In this document: one piece after another, positions 50,230 through 59,952 of the stretch
How positions within the stretch are numbered: position 1 is the first letter of the stretch
How the letters are laid out: each line of letters opens with the position of its first letter
From: Pyrinomonadaceae bacterium
GTDB lineage: Bacteria; Acidobacteriota; Blastocatellia; Pyrinomonadales; Pyrinomonadaceae
Assembly: GCA_036522655.1 (NCBI GenBank)
Contig: DATDFK010000004.1
Location: 12,805-76,804 of the forward strand
Reading direction: 5' to 3'
DNA length: 64,000 bases
The notes under the pieces: generated by a model
Seen by the model: the letters and a program-made list of their open reading frames with translations, nothing else
Databases searched by the model: none
Told to the model about the DNA's origin: nothing
Program-made: the position numbers and the translations under genes

Positions 50230-51567
50230 TCTTTCCCCCTCGTTCCACCATCTACGCGTGGCAAACCACGTCGCGCCGGGAATAAGAAAGAAGACGCCGA
50301 TGCCGATCGTCACGGTGCGCGGCGAGAGCCCGAAGCGATCGAGCAGCTCTCCCGTCGCGTAATTCGAGGCGGCCATCGTGAGGGTCAGAAACGCCAGCTC
50401 TGCGGCGAACACTCGCCCGCGAAACCTGTCTTCAACCGTCTGCTGTAAGAGCACTGTCGAGAAGACCCAAAGGATGCTGCCGCCCATGTGTGCGATGAGC
50501 AGCACGAGGAGCGCGAAAGCGAAATTGGTCGCGCGCCCGAAGGCTATGTAGAAGATGCCGCCGATCAGAAAGGCGATTCCGATCGCGGTCTGCATACGCT
50601 TGCGCGACTCGCCTGCAAAGCGGCGCACGACCAGTGGGCCAATCGCAGTGCCTATGCCGCGCGCCGCGTAAAGCACACCGATTCCGGTCGCGGCCCGTCC
50701 TCCGACCGGGAAAATCTTTTCGCCGAAGACGGCCAGGAGCGCCAGTATGCCGCCGCCCGCGCCCCATGCCGGTTTGACCATCAGGAGCGCAAACACGCGC
50801 GGGCGCTTGGCGACATAACGCGCGCCTTCGATAGTGTCTGTGATGCCCAGGGCACGGCCCACCGTGAGAGGCGCTTTCGGGCGCGCGGCCCGTTCCGGTA
50901 AATGCACGCTTGCGACGAGCGCCGCCGAAGCCAGGTAAGTCAGCGAGTCCAGAACGAAGGCGGCGTCCGTTCCGAAGCGGCCCGTCACGAGACCGCCGAT
51001 CGCCGCGCCCAACGTGAGCATCACAGACCAGGTGACGGAGGAGACGGCGTTGGCCGCGACAAGCTCTCGCGGCGCGACGATGGAGGGAATGGCCGCCGTC
51101 TTCGCCGGTTCAAAGAAGGTCGAGAAGATCAGTTGCAGTACCGTCAGCACATAGACCAGCCACATCTGATCCGGGCGGCGCACCAGCAGAAAGCCGAGCA
51201 CGACGACGGCGCGCAGCAGGTCTGAGGCGATCATCACCGTCCTGCGATTAAAGCGGTCTGCGACGACGCCCGACAGTGGGCCCACGATGAAGCTCGGAAG
51301 AAAACGCGCGACGAGCACGAGCCCGATGGCGCGGCCGGAGCCGGTCAGCGTCAGTACGAGCGTGTAGAGCGCGATGGTGTCGAACCAGTCGCCGAGCTGG
51401 CTGACGACCTGCCCGAGCCATAGATGACGAAAGTTACGATTGCCGCGAAGCAACTCCAGATAGCCGCTCGAAGATACTCCGCGCCCTTCGTCTCCCGCCA
51501 CATCCACGCCGCGCACCGCCCTGTCCGTCGATAAATTAGGATGAAAGAGGGTGCATCGTCGCGGCAA
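50215..51567 (-). CDS. MFS transporter
   Basis: 12-TM hydrophobic profile. C-terminal ..ERKDEG-stop read from repeat A4 arm. Start codon uncertain. Confidence 0.8.
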   Translation of the reverse strand: MPRRCTLFHPNLSTDRAVRGVDVAGDEGRGVSSSGYLELLRGNRNFRHLWLGQVVSQLGDWFDTIALYTLVLTLTGSGRAIGLVLVARFLPSFIVGPLSGVVADRFNRRTVMIASDLLRAVVVLGFLLVRRPDQMWLVYVLTVLQLIFSTFFEPAKTAAIPSIVAPRELVAANAVSSVTWSVMLTLGAAIGGLVTGRFGTDAAFVLDSLTYLASAALVASVHLPERAARPKAPLTVGRALGITDTIEGARYVAKRPRVFALLMVKPAWGAGGGILALLAVFGEKIFPVGGRAATGIGVLYAARGIGTAIGPLVVRRFAGESRKRMQTAIGIAFLIGGIFYIAFGRATNFAFALLVLLIAHMGGSILWVFSTVLLQQTVEDRFRGRVFAAELAFLTLTMAASNYATGELLDRFGLSPRTVTIGIGVFFLIPGATWFATRRWWNEGERKDEG

Positions 51568-52128
51568 AGATTGTCAACCGATCAAAGCTTTGCGGTACTG
51601 ACCTTTCTTTTATCCTGACTGTGCAGCATCAGGTTGACCTGTCAGATTGACTATAGCCCGCGCCCCTTCACCCCGCGCGATATTGCCGCTCATCTCGTTA
51701 AGTAGAGCAATAGTAGAGGTTCGCTCAATCCGCGCCGATGAGTGTGAGCTTGGCACGGGTCTTGTTAAGTAGTAGGGCGCGGCTCGAAGCGCGCGAGCGT
51801 TTCACGAGCCCACCGCACGGGGCTCGACAGCCGCACAAATTTGAAAAGCTGAGCATCCGTAGTTGGCCCAACAGGGCCGGGCGTGCGCGATCGGCGCTCA
51901 AAACGACATAGACTCTCACCCCCAACAGGCGGGCGAATGCCAACGTAAGGCCCGTCTCTTGCCCGTCCGAAGCCGGAAACCGAGCCGCTGATTTGCTCCC
52001 AGCACACTCGGTTTCCGGCCAAGGACACAACCCTTGCCGGGGAGCAGGAAAGTCTGCGTCCGTCCGTAATCTGGAATTGACAAAACCTTGCCGCGAGTGA
52101 AGCTTGCCAGGCGCACGCACCTTTTAGA

Positions 52129-54672
52129 GTGTGGGGCGCGCGCCGCAACCCCCTGGGAGCACCAGTGAAAATCATAGAGATGTCGGATTACAATCGCGCG
52201 GCGAAGCTTTACTGGGGCGTGATGGTTGCCTCGGGGGCTCTGGTCTGCGTCTGGGGATTCTACCAGTGCCTCGCGTTCAGCGCGGTCGAGTGGGCCCAGT
52301 TCCTCGTCCTGCTCGCTCTGGTTGCCGCCGCCGGTTCCTACCCGATTCGCATTCCGAACACTACGGCCAGCGTGACGGCGGGCGACACGTTCATATTTTT
52401 GAGCGTGCTCTTTTTGGGCGTCCCGGCGGCCATTATCGTCGGCGCGACCGATTCCGTTGTCAGCGCGCGGCGCACGACGCGGCGCGCGACGAGTCGCCTC
52501 GGCTCGCCGGCCATCATGGCCCTCTCAGTCTTTCTCTCCGGCAACGCCTTCTATTTCGCGCTTCGTGCTTACGCGGGCATCACAACTGTTCCCTTGCGCA
52601 ACTTGCCGCTCCCCCTGGAACACCTGATCGTGCCGCTGGTCTTGATGGCGATTCTGCAATACCTCTCGAACGGTCTCGGCATCGCCGCGCTCGCCGCGAT
52701 CAAGAGTCATCGCTCGATCTGGAAATTCTGGCGCGACGGTTATCTCTGGACTTCATGGACTTTCTTCGCCGGGGCGATTGCTGCCGCGCTCGCTTACGGC
52801 GCGATCTCGCGCTTCGGCTTCCTCTACGTGCTCTTGAGCATCCCTGTCATCGCGGCGACCTACGCGACCTACAAGGTCTACTTCGAGCGCGTGAGCGAAA
52901 AGACGCGCGAGGCCGACGCGATGAGTCGCCTGCATCTGGCGACGGTCGAAGCGCTCGCCACAGCCATCGATGCCAAAGACCAGACGACGCATTGTCACGT
53001 CCGCCGCGTGCAAATCTATGCCGCCGGGATGGGCCGCGTCTTCGGTCTCTCCGATCGTGAGATCGAGGCGCTCAAGGCCGGAGCGCTCCTGCACGACATA
53101 GGCAAGCTCGCCGTCCCCGATCACATCCTCAATAAGCCCGGGCGGCTGACGGGCGCTGAGTTCGATAAGATGAAGGTGCACACGACGGTCGGCGCGGAGA
53201 TTTTGCAGCGAGTCGATTTCCCTTATCCGGTTGTGCCCATCGTACGGCATCATCATGAGCAGTGGGACGGGCACGGCTACCCTGACGGCTTGAAGGGCGA
53301 CCAGATTCCGATGACGGCGCGCATTCTCTCCGTCGTCGATTGTTTCGACTCCGTGCGCGAAGACCGCCCCTTTCGTCGCGGCATGACGCGTGAGGAGGCG
53401 ACCGCGCTCCTGCTGCGCGGCTCCGGCACGCATTTCGACCCGAAGGTCGTCGACAAGTTCCTGCAATACCTTCCCGGCTTCGATGCTGAGATTGCGGCTT
53501 TAGGGCTCGACCAGCAAAGCTCCAACGAAAGCGACAGGGAGCCGCGCGCCCTGACGGACTCCGAGATACCGCAGAGCCGCGAGCAGCTATCGCTGCTCGC
53601 CTATGACCAGATCAAGAACGCGCATAGGGAGGTCTATTCGCTCTACGAGATTGCGCGCACCTTCGGCTCGTCGCTCGATCTCGAAGACACGCTCTCGATC
53701 ATGGTCAACAAGGTGGGCCACATCATTCCCTTCGATACTTGCGTGGTCTATCTGTACGACGAGCTGAAGGGCTATGCTGCGGCGGCACACGTCGCGGGCA
53801 AGAACGCCTCGGCGCTCAGTGACCGTTGCGTTGCGCCCGGCGAGGGCGTGACGGGCTTTGCTCTCGCCAATCGCCGCGCCATCAATCATCTTCATCCGAG
53901 CCTGGACTTCACGGGCGTCAAGTTAGAAGAGGGCGAAGCCTATCGCACGATGGCCGCGCTGCCGCTCTTTAAAGACGGGCAGCTTCTCGGCGCGCTCTCC
54001 GTCTATTCGATGGAGCTTGCCGAGTACACGGACGATCACATGCGTCTGCTTGAAACCGTGACGCGCCTCGCTTCCGATGCGCTCTTCAACGCCATGCATC
54101 ACGCCGAAGCGGAATCCAACGCGCTCACAGACCCCTTGACGAATCTGCCCAACGCGCGCTGCATGTACCTGCGCTTCGAGCAGGAGGTCTCGCGCGCGAG
54201 CCGCACGAACCGGCCCTTCCAGGTCATCATGCTCGACGTGGATGATTTCAAACAGGTCAACGATACGTTCGGCCACAAGGTCGGAGATAAGATGCTGCGC
54301 GAGGTGGCACGACTGCTGCAAGCGCAACTGCGCGAGTATGATTTCCTGGCGCGCTATGCGGGCGACGAGTTCGTCGCCATCGTGCAGGACTTGGAGGGCG
54401 AGCAGGTCGAAGAACTCGGCCAGCGTATCGAGAACTCGATCAGGAATTTTGCGTTGCGCGTGCGTCCCGGCCACTATGCCCGCGTCGGCATCAGCGTCGG
54501 CGCTTCGACCTACGGCCCGGACGGCGAGACCCTCGACCAACTCCTGATCGCCGCCGACCAGGCCATGTACACGGCCAAGTCCGAACACAAACAGCAGCGC
54601 CGCGCCAGTCTCGCGGACGAAACGATCATCGAGCTTGACACCGGCAAGCTCGCTTCGACGGCGATCAATTAG
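52129..54672 (+). CDS. Membrane-anchored c-di-GMP signalling protein: multi-TM sensor + HD-GYP phosphodiesterase + GAF + GGDEF-type cyclase domain (A-site reads RYAGDEF)
   Basis: HDIGK..HHHEQWDGHGYP (HD-GYP). GAF-like block. RYAGDEFVAI with upstream DxFKxxND. Alternative start Met at 52180. Confidence 0.85.
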   Translation: MWGARRNPLGAPVKIIEMSDYNRAAKLYWGVMVASGALVCVWGFYQCLAFSAVEWAQFLVLLALVAAAGSYPIRIPNTTASVTAGDTFIFLSVLFLGVPAAIIVGATDSVVSARRTTRRATSRLGSPAIMALSVFLSGNAFYFALRAYAGITTVPLRNLPLPLEHLIVPLVLMAILQYLSNGLGIAALAAIKSHRSIWKFWRDGYLWTSWTFFAGAIAAALAYGAISRFGFLYVLLSIPVIAATYATYKVYFERVSEKTREADAMSRLHLATVEALATAIDAKDQTTHCHVRRVQIYAAGMGRVFGLSDREIEALKAGALLHDIGKLAVPDHILNKPGRLTGAEFDKMKVHTTVGAEILQRVDFPYPVVPIVRHHHEQWDGHGYPDGLKGDQIPMTARILSVVDCFDSVREDRPFRRGMTREEATALLLRGSGTHFDPKVVDKFLQYLPGFDAEIAALGLDQQSSNESDREPRALTDSEIPQSREQLSLLAYDQIKNAHREVYSLYEIARTFGSSLDLEDTLSIMVNKVGHIIPFDTCVVYLYDELKGYAAAAHVAGKNASALSDRCVAPGEGVTGFALANRRAINHLHPSLDFTGVKLEEGEAYRTMAALPLFKDGQLLGALSVYSMELAEYTDDHMRLLETVTRLASDALFNAMHHAEAESNALTDPLTNLPNARCMYLRFEQEVSRASRTNRPFQVIMLDVDDFKQVNDTFGHKVGDKMLREVARLLQAQLREYDFLARYAGDEFVAIVQDLEGEQVEELGQRIENSIRNFALRVRPGHYARVGISVGASTYGPDGETLDQLLIAADQAMYTAKSEHKQQRRASLADETIIELDTGKLASTAIN

Positions 54673-55131
54673 ATCACAAGCGAAACCATCTATCACACGA
54701 AAGCGACGATCAACATGTCTCTCGCCCTAACACTGCTTTTTACGCTCACCTTACTGCGCCAGCAGCGACGATAAAGAGCTTGACGGCCCTTTAAAAGCGG
54801 AGTACATCCCCGGCGCTCTTTGATTTCCCGGCAAGAGCGCCACTCCTCATCTAGTCTTGCTCCAGCTTATCGCACATAACCCGCATTCGTTGACATCCAG
54901 AGCGGGGCGCTTTTCCGTCTTGTCGCCTGCGCGCATGCCCCGCCCCCATTTGACGGAGTTCTTGACAAACCCGGTCGGCTTCGCTTTCAATCCATAAAGA
55001 GACGTGCGGCACTGGCGGGCCTCGCCTGCCCGCCAGCCACGCCCGTCCAGCGTCAGTGCGCACGCCCCCATTTCATTCACCCGACACCAGAGGGAACGCA
55101 CGCGCACGGCTCTCGCAGGATTCTGTAAAGC

Positions 55132-57189
55132 ATGTCAACTCCTTCCGGCACATCCAACAAGACGGCGACGCTGCTCATCGTCGATTCTGAGGCCAGCGCG
55201 CGCGCGCGTCTGGGCCGTATCTTAGAGGAAGCGGGCTATCGCGCCTTCACGGCCCAGGATGCGCCGTCGGCCTTGCGCCTGCTGCACCGCGAGCCCTGCG
55301 ATCTGGTCATTTTAGATATAGAGATTCCCGGCGTTGACGGGCTCGCGCTCTGCCGCCTGCTGCGCGCACAGGCGTCGACCAAGCAGCTGCCGCTCGTCGT
55401 CTTCACGGCGAGCGATGAAGAGAATCGCAAGGTCGAAGCCTTCGCCGCCGGGGCGGACGATTACATCGTCAAGCCTTCGAGCCCGCGCGAGCTGCTCTCG
55501 CGCATCAGCGCGCACCTTGAGACGGCGCAGCGCGAATGGGCGCTCGTCGGCACAAACCGCGAGCTGCAATTCCTGGCCGATCTCGGGCGCGGGCTGCTAC
55601 GCGCGCTTGAGCCGACGCAGGTCGTGCGTCATCTCGCTGGCGCAACCTACGAGGGCACGGGCGCTGTGCTGTGCGCGGCGGCTATCAGTTTAGACAAAAC
55701 CGGGGCGATCATCTGCGCCTTCGATCGTGAAGGAAGCGCGGAGGACGAGCGCGTCGTTCACGCCGAGCGCCTGGCCGCCTGGCTCACCTCTTCTGCCTCT
55801 TCCACGTCCGTGTTGTTGGACGAGCAATCGAAATTTTTCCTCAATGATGAAGCGCACAGGGTAGAGTACGCCGCGCCGCTGCGCTTCGGCGGGCGGACGA
55901 AGGGTCTGCTCGTCGTCGGCTTCGACAATCCCGCCGACTGCACCGAGACGGTCTGGAGACTGGTTGACGCGGCGGCGCAGCAGGCCGCTCTGGCCGCGCA
56001 CGTCGCCTCGCTCTATCAGGCCGCGCGCGAGACGGCCAACAGCCTCAGCCGCGAGGTGGAACGCCGCACAGCCGAGGCCGAAGCCCAGCGCCGTTTCACG
56101 GAAGCGATCATCGACAGCCTGCCGCTCTCGCTCTACGCGGTTGACCGCGACTATTCGATCGTCGCCTGGAATCGCAACCGCGAACTGGGCGGCCAAGGCA
56201 TCCCGCGCGACCGCGTGCTGGGCCGCAATATCTTCGACGTGCTGACGCGCCAGAAGCGACAGGTCTTGGAGCGCGAATTCGCACGCGCCTTCGAGACGGG
56301 CGAGATCGAGCGCATAGAACAGGAGACGACGACCCTCGAAGGCGAGACCAAACACTGGCTCGTCAGCAAGATTCCCATGCGCGCCAGAGGCGACGCGGAA
56401 GTCTCGCACGTCATCACCGTCGGCGAAGACATCACTTCGCGCGTCGAGGCCAATAGGGCCGTGGCGCGCGCCGAAAAGCTGGCGGCGGTCGGTCGCCTCG
56501 CCGCAGGCGTCGTCCACGAGATCAACAATCCGCTGGCGACCATCTCGGCCTGCGCCGAAGCCCTTGAGTCGCGCGTCGCAGAGGGCGCGTTCGATGGCTC
56601 GCCGGAAGCTGAAGACCTGCGCGAATACCTCGGGCTCATTCGCAGCGAGGCTTTTCGCTGTAAGACGATCACCAACGGGCTGCTCGATTTCAGCCGCACG
56701 CGCGCCAGCCAGCACATGCCCGTGCAAATCTCCGAGGTGATAAACTCTACGGCGCGGCTGCTCATGCATCAGGGTCGCGGCGAAGGAATCGAGATCGAGG
56801 TCGAAGCAGGCCCGGGCATCTCTCCCATCTCGGGCGATGCCGGACAGTTGCAGCAGGCCGTCATCGCGCTCGCCACCAACGCCATCGACGCCATGCCGGG
56901 CGGAGGCCGACTGACGCTGCGCGCGCGCAACCTTGAGACGCACGTGCTGGTCGAAATCAGCGATACCGGCATCGGGATTGCGAGCGAGAACTTGACTAAG
57001 ATTTTCGATCCGTTTTTTACTACCAAAGAGATCGGGCAGGGCACGGGCCTTGGCCTTGCCGTCTGTTATGGTATCGTAACGGAGCACGGCGGGCGCTTGG
57101 ATGTTCAATCCTCTGTCGGCGTCGGCACGACATTTACGATTTCACTCCCGGCTCTACAGCCCGGACACAACGGAGAAGAGACAGCTTGA
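55132..57189 (+). CDS. Hybrid sensor histidine kinase with N-terminal receiver domain, GAF/PAS-like sensor region, HisKA and HATPase_c
   Basis: Receiver D ([13 protein letters not shown]). H-box [11 protein letters not shown] boxes (NAIDAM, DTGIGI, GTGLGL). Confidence 0.85.
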   Translation: MSTPSGTSNKTATLLIVDSEASARARLGRILEEAGYRAFTAQDAPSALRLLHREPCDLVILDIEIPGVDGLALCRLLRAQASTKQLPLVVFTASDEENRKVEAFAAGADDYIVKPSSPRELLSRISAHLETAQREWALVGTNRELQFLADLGRGLLRALEPTQVVRHLAGATYEGTGAVLCAAAISLDKTGAIICAFDREGSAEDERVVHAERLAAWLTSSASSTSVLLDEQSKFFLNDEAHRVEYAAPLRFGGRTKGLLVVGFDNPADCTETVWRLVDAAAQQAALAAHVASLYQAARETANSLSREVERRTAEAEAQRRFTEAIIDSLPLSLYAVDRDYSIVAWNRNRELGGQGIPRDRVLGRNIFDVLTRQKRQVLEREFARAFETGEIERIEQETTTLEGETKHWLVSKIPMRARGDAEVSHVITVGEDITSRVEANRAVARAEKLAAVGRLAAGVVHEINNPLATISACAEALESRVAEGAFDGSPEAEDLREYLGLIRSEAFRCKTITNGLLDFSRTRASQHMPVQISEVINSTARLLMHQGRGEGIEIEVEAGPGISPISGDAGQLQQAVIALATNAIDAMPGGGRLTLRARNLETHVLVEISDTGIGIASENLTKIFDPFFTTKEIGQGTGLGLAVCYGIVTEHGGRLDVQSSVGVGTTFTISLPALQPGHNGEETA

Positions 57190-58622
57190 GCGAGAACACG
57201 CGACCCACACGACTGCTTGTTGCCGAAGATGAAGCGAACCTGCGACTGGTGATCCAGAAAGAGCTTCAGCGTCTGGGCTACAACGTCTCGGTTGCGCCCG
57301 ACGGCGAGGCCGCGCTGCGCCGCCTCGAAGAGAGCAATGTCGACGTGATGCTCTGCGACATCAACATGCCGAAGATGGACGGCATGGAACTGTTGCGCCG
57401 TGTCAGAGAGCGCCCCAACCCGCCGGAGATCATCATGCTCACCGGACACGCGACGGTCGAGACGGCGATCGAAGCGATGAAGCTCGGCGCATACGATTAT
57501 CTCTCAAAGCCCTATCGCATCACGGAGCTTGACGCGCTCGTCAAGCAGGCGGCGGATAAGCGTCGCTTACGCGTGGACAATCAACGCCTACGCGAGCAAC
57601 TGGCCCGCCAGTCGCCGACCCCAGAGATCATCTCCATCTCCGACTCCATGCGTGAAGTCGTGCGCCTCATCGAGCGCGTCGCCCCCTCAGAGGCTTCCGT
57701 CCTCGTCACGGGCGAATCGGGCACGGGCAAAGAACTGGTCGCGCACGCCATTCATCGCCTGTCAAGCCGCGCCGACGCTTCCTTCATCGACCTCAACTGC
57801 GCAGCCTTTCAGGAATCTCTCCTCGAATCGGAGTTGTTCGGCTACGAGGCGGGCGCTTTCTCGGGCGCGAAAGGGCGCAAGCTCGGGCTGATCGAACTGG
57901 CCGACGGCGGCACGCTCTTTCTGGACGAAGTGACGGAGCTGCCCACGCAGCTACAGGCCAAGCTGCTGCGCGCCATCGAGACGCGCACCTTCTATCGCGT
58001 CGGCGGTGTGCGCAAAGTCGAGGTCAACGTCCGCATCGTCGCCGCCACGAATCGCAACGTGGATGTGGTCGTCACCGACGGCACGTTCCGCGCAGACCTT
58101 CTCTATCGCATCAACAGCTTTCAGATTTCGCTCACGCCGCTTCGTGAAAGGCCCGACGACATAGAGCCCCTGGCGCGACACCTGTTGCAACAACTCGGCG
58201 GCTCGAACCCGCCGGAGCTGTCGCCGGAAGCGCTCGCCGCCCTGCGCGCTTACAGTTGGCCCGGCAACGTGCGCCAGTTGCGCAACTGCCTTGAGCGTGC
58301 CGTCCTGCTCAGCAACGACAATCGCATCACCTTGAGCGAGTTGCCGCCGGAAGTCGCGCGGCCCTCCGTCGCGCCCGCCCCCGTCATGCTCGCATCCTCC
58401 GGCGGCAACGCTTCCGCCGCAGGCACAACAGACAACGCCGCTCAGAACTCTTACACCGCGCCCACCTCGCCCGCCTCGCTCCGCGAAGTCGAGCGCCAGC
58501 AAATCCTCGCCGCCCTCGAACAGACCAACTGGCATCGCGCCAAGACAGCAGAGATTCTGGGCATCTCTCCCTCGACCCTCTATCGCCGCCTACGCGATTA
58601 CGATCTAGACCGCCGCAACTGA
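57186..58622 (+). CDS. Sigma-54-dependent response regulator (NtrC/Fis family)
   Basis: Receiver (DVMLCDINMPKMDG). AAA+ GESGTGKE, GAFSGA, ESELFGYE. C-terminal Fis HTH. 4-nt overlap with kinase gene. Confidence 0.9.
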   Translation: MSENTRPTRLLVAEDEANLRLVIQKELQRLGYNVSVAPDGEAALRRLEESNVDVMLCDINMPKMDGMELLRRVRERPNPPEIIMLTGHATVETAIEAMKLGAYDYLSKPYRITELDALVKQAADKRRLRVDNQRLREQLARQSPTPEIISISDSMREVVRLIERVAPSEASVLVTGESGTGKELVAHAIHRLSSRADASFIDLNCAAFQESLLESELFGYEAGAFSGAKGRKLGLIELADGGTLFLDEVTELPTQLQAKLLRAIETRTFYRVGGVRKVEVNVRIVAATNRNVDVVVTDGTFRADLLYRINSFQISLTPLRERPDDIEPLARHLLQQLGGSNPPELSPEALAALRAYSWPGNVRQLRNCLERAVLLSNDNRITLSELPPEVARPSVAPAPVMLASSGGNASAAGTTDNAAQNSYTAPTSPASLREVERQQILAALEQTNWHRAKTAEILGISPSTLYRRLRDYDLDRRN

Positions 58623-58813
58623 TTCGTCCGACGCGATAGCGGATAGGCTCGACGACTGCTCACCTACGACAACGCGCTGCCCCTTGGCCGGGCCCGTGTC
58701 GTGGTACTGCGTCAAATCTGCCAATGTAGATTGAAGGATTCTCGCCCGGCGCGGGTTGATTCCGGCATCCGATCATGTTTCGGCGTCGCGCCTTCCGTTT
58801 GCGGAGAGTTTCT

Positions 58814-59704
58814 ATGAAATTAATCAAGGTCGCCTTGTTGCAGATGACAGGCTGTGCAGATGACGTGGCTGCTGCGCAGGCAAAAGGGGAAATCTTTTGT
58901 CGTCGTGCTCGTGCGATGGGAGCAGATGTCGCTTTGTTCCCCGAAATGTGGAGCACCGGGATGACGTTCTTTGATCAGAAGCAGGCGGGCGCGCGCGAGG
59001 CTTGGGCCGCGCGGGCCGTTGGTCGGGATGATCTGTTTATTACTCACTTCCGAAATCTTGCGCGCGAGCTGAAGATGGCGATTGCCGTCACGTATCTGGA
59101 GAGGTGGGAGGGCGCGCCGCGTAATTCCGTTTCGCTGATCGATCGTCTCGGCGAGATCGTGTTGACCTATGCGAAGGTTCACACGTGCGAGTTCGACGTG
59201 GAGGCGGCGCTCACCTGCGGCGACGGCTTTCCGGTGTGCGCGCTCGATACGGAGCAGGGAGAGGTGAAGGTCGGATTTATGATCTGCTACGACCGGGAGT
59301 TTCCCGAAAGCGCGCGGATTCTGATGCTCGAAGGCGCGGAGCTTATCCTCGTGCCGAACGCCTGCACTCTGGATGAGCATCGCATGGGCCAATTCAGGGC
59401 GCGCGCCTACGAGAACATGGTCGGAGTTGCGATGACCAATTATGCCGCCCCGCAGAACAACGGGCATTCCGTAGCCTTCGACGCCGTTGCCTACCCCGTG
59501 CCTGACGGAGAACCGCGCGACACGCTCATCATCGAAGCCGGGGAGAGCGAGGACGTTTACCTGGCAACCTTCGATCTTGAGAGCATTCGCGCCTACCGTG
59601 AAAGAGAGGCATGGGGCAACGCTTATCGCAGGCCGCGCCTCTACCGAAAGCTTACGGAGACGGACGTGCAGCCGCCCTTCGTTCGTCGGGACGCGACGCG
59701 ATGA
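58814..59704 (+). CDS. Carbon-nitrogen hydrolase (nitrilase/amidase superfamily)
   Basis: ORF trimmed to MKLIKVALLQM with GGAGAG ribosome-binding site. E-K-C triad context (FPEMW .. KVH .. FMICYDREFPE). Confidence 0.85.
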   Translation: MKLIKVALLQMTGCADDVAAAQAKGEIFCRRARAMGADVALFPEMWSTGMTFFDQKQAGAREAWAARAVGRDDLFITHFRNLARELKMAIAVTYLERWEGAPRNSVSLIDRLGEIVLTYAKVHTCEFDVEAALTCGDGFPVCALDTEQGEVKVGFMICYDREFPESARILMLEGAELILVPNACTLDEHRMGQFRARAYENMVGVAMTNYAAPQNNGHSVAFDAVAYPVPDGEPRDTLIIEAGESEDVYLATFDLESIRAYREREAWGNAYRRPRLYRKLTETDVQPPFVRRDATR

Positions 59705-59952
59705 CGAGCTTGGAGCCTGGATGTGCCTGGGCGTGACAAGCGCGCGTTGAGCATTCGTTAGCGCCGGCGTACAGCCTGCTTGACAAGCGTCGCCGCGCGG
59801 GTTTGAATATATAGTTGATCTTAGCCAGCGAGGATGTCTCCCGGCATGCCTCAACGTTTGACCCACATGCAAAGGAGCGCGCTTCGACATGTTCAACGCA
59901 TGAGCCGCAGCCGTTCCCGCTTTGTAAGCTGTTTCTAAGTTATCTGGGAATT

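Noticed and set aside
55690-57108. 472-aa minus-strand ORF
   Set aside because: Antisense to the histidine kinase gene, whose H, N and G boxes are unambiguous.
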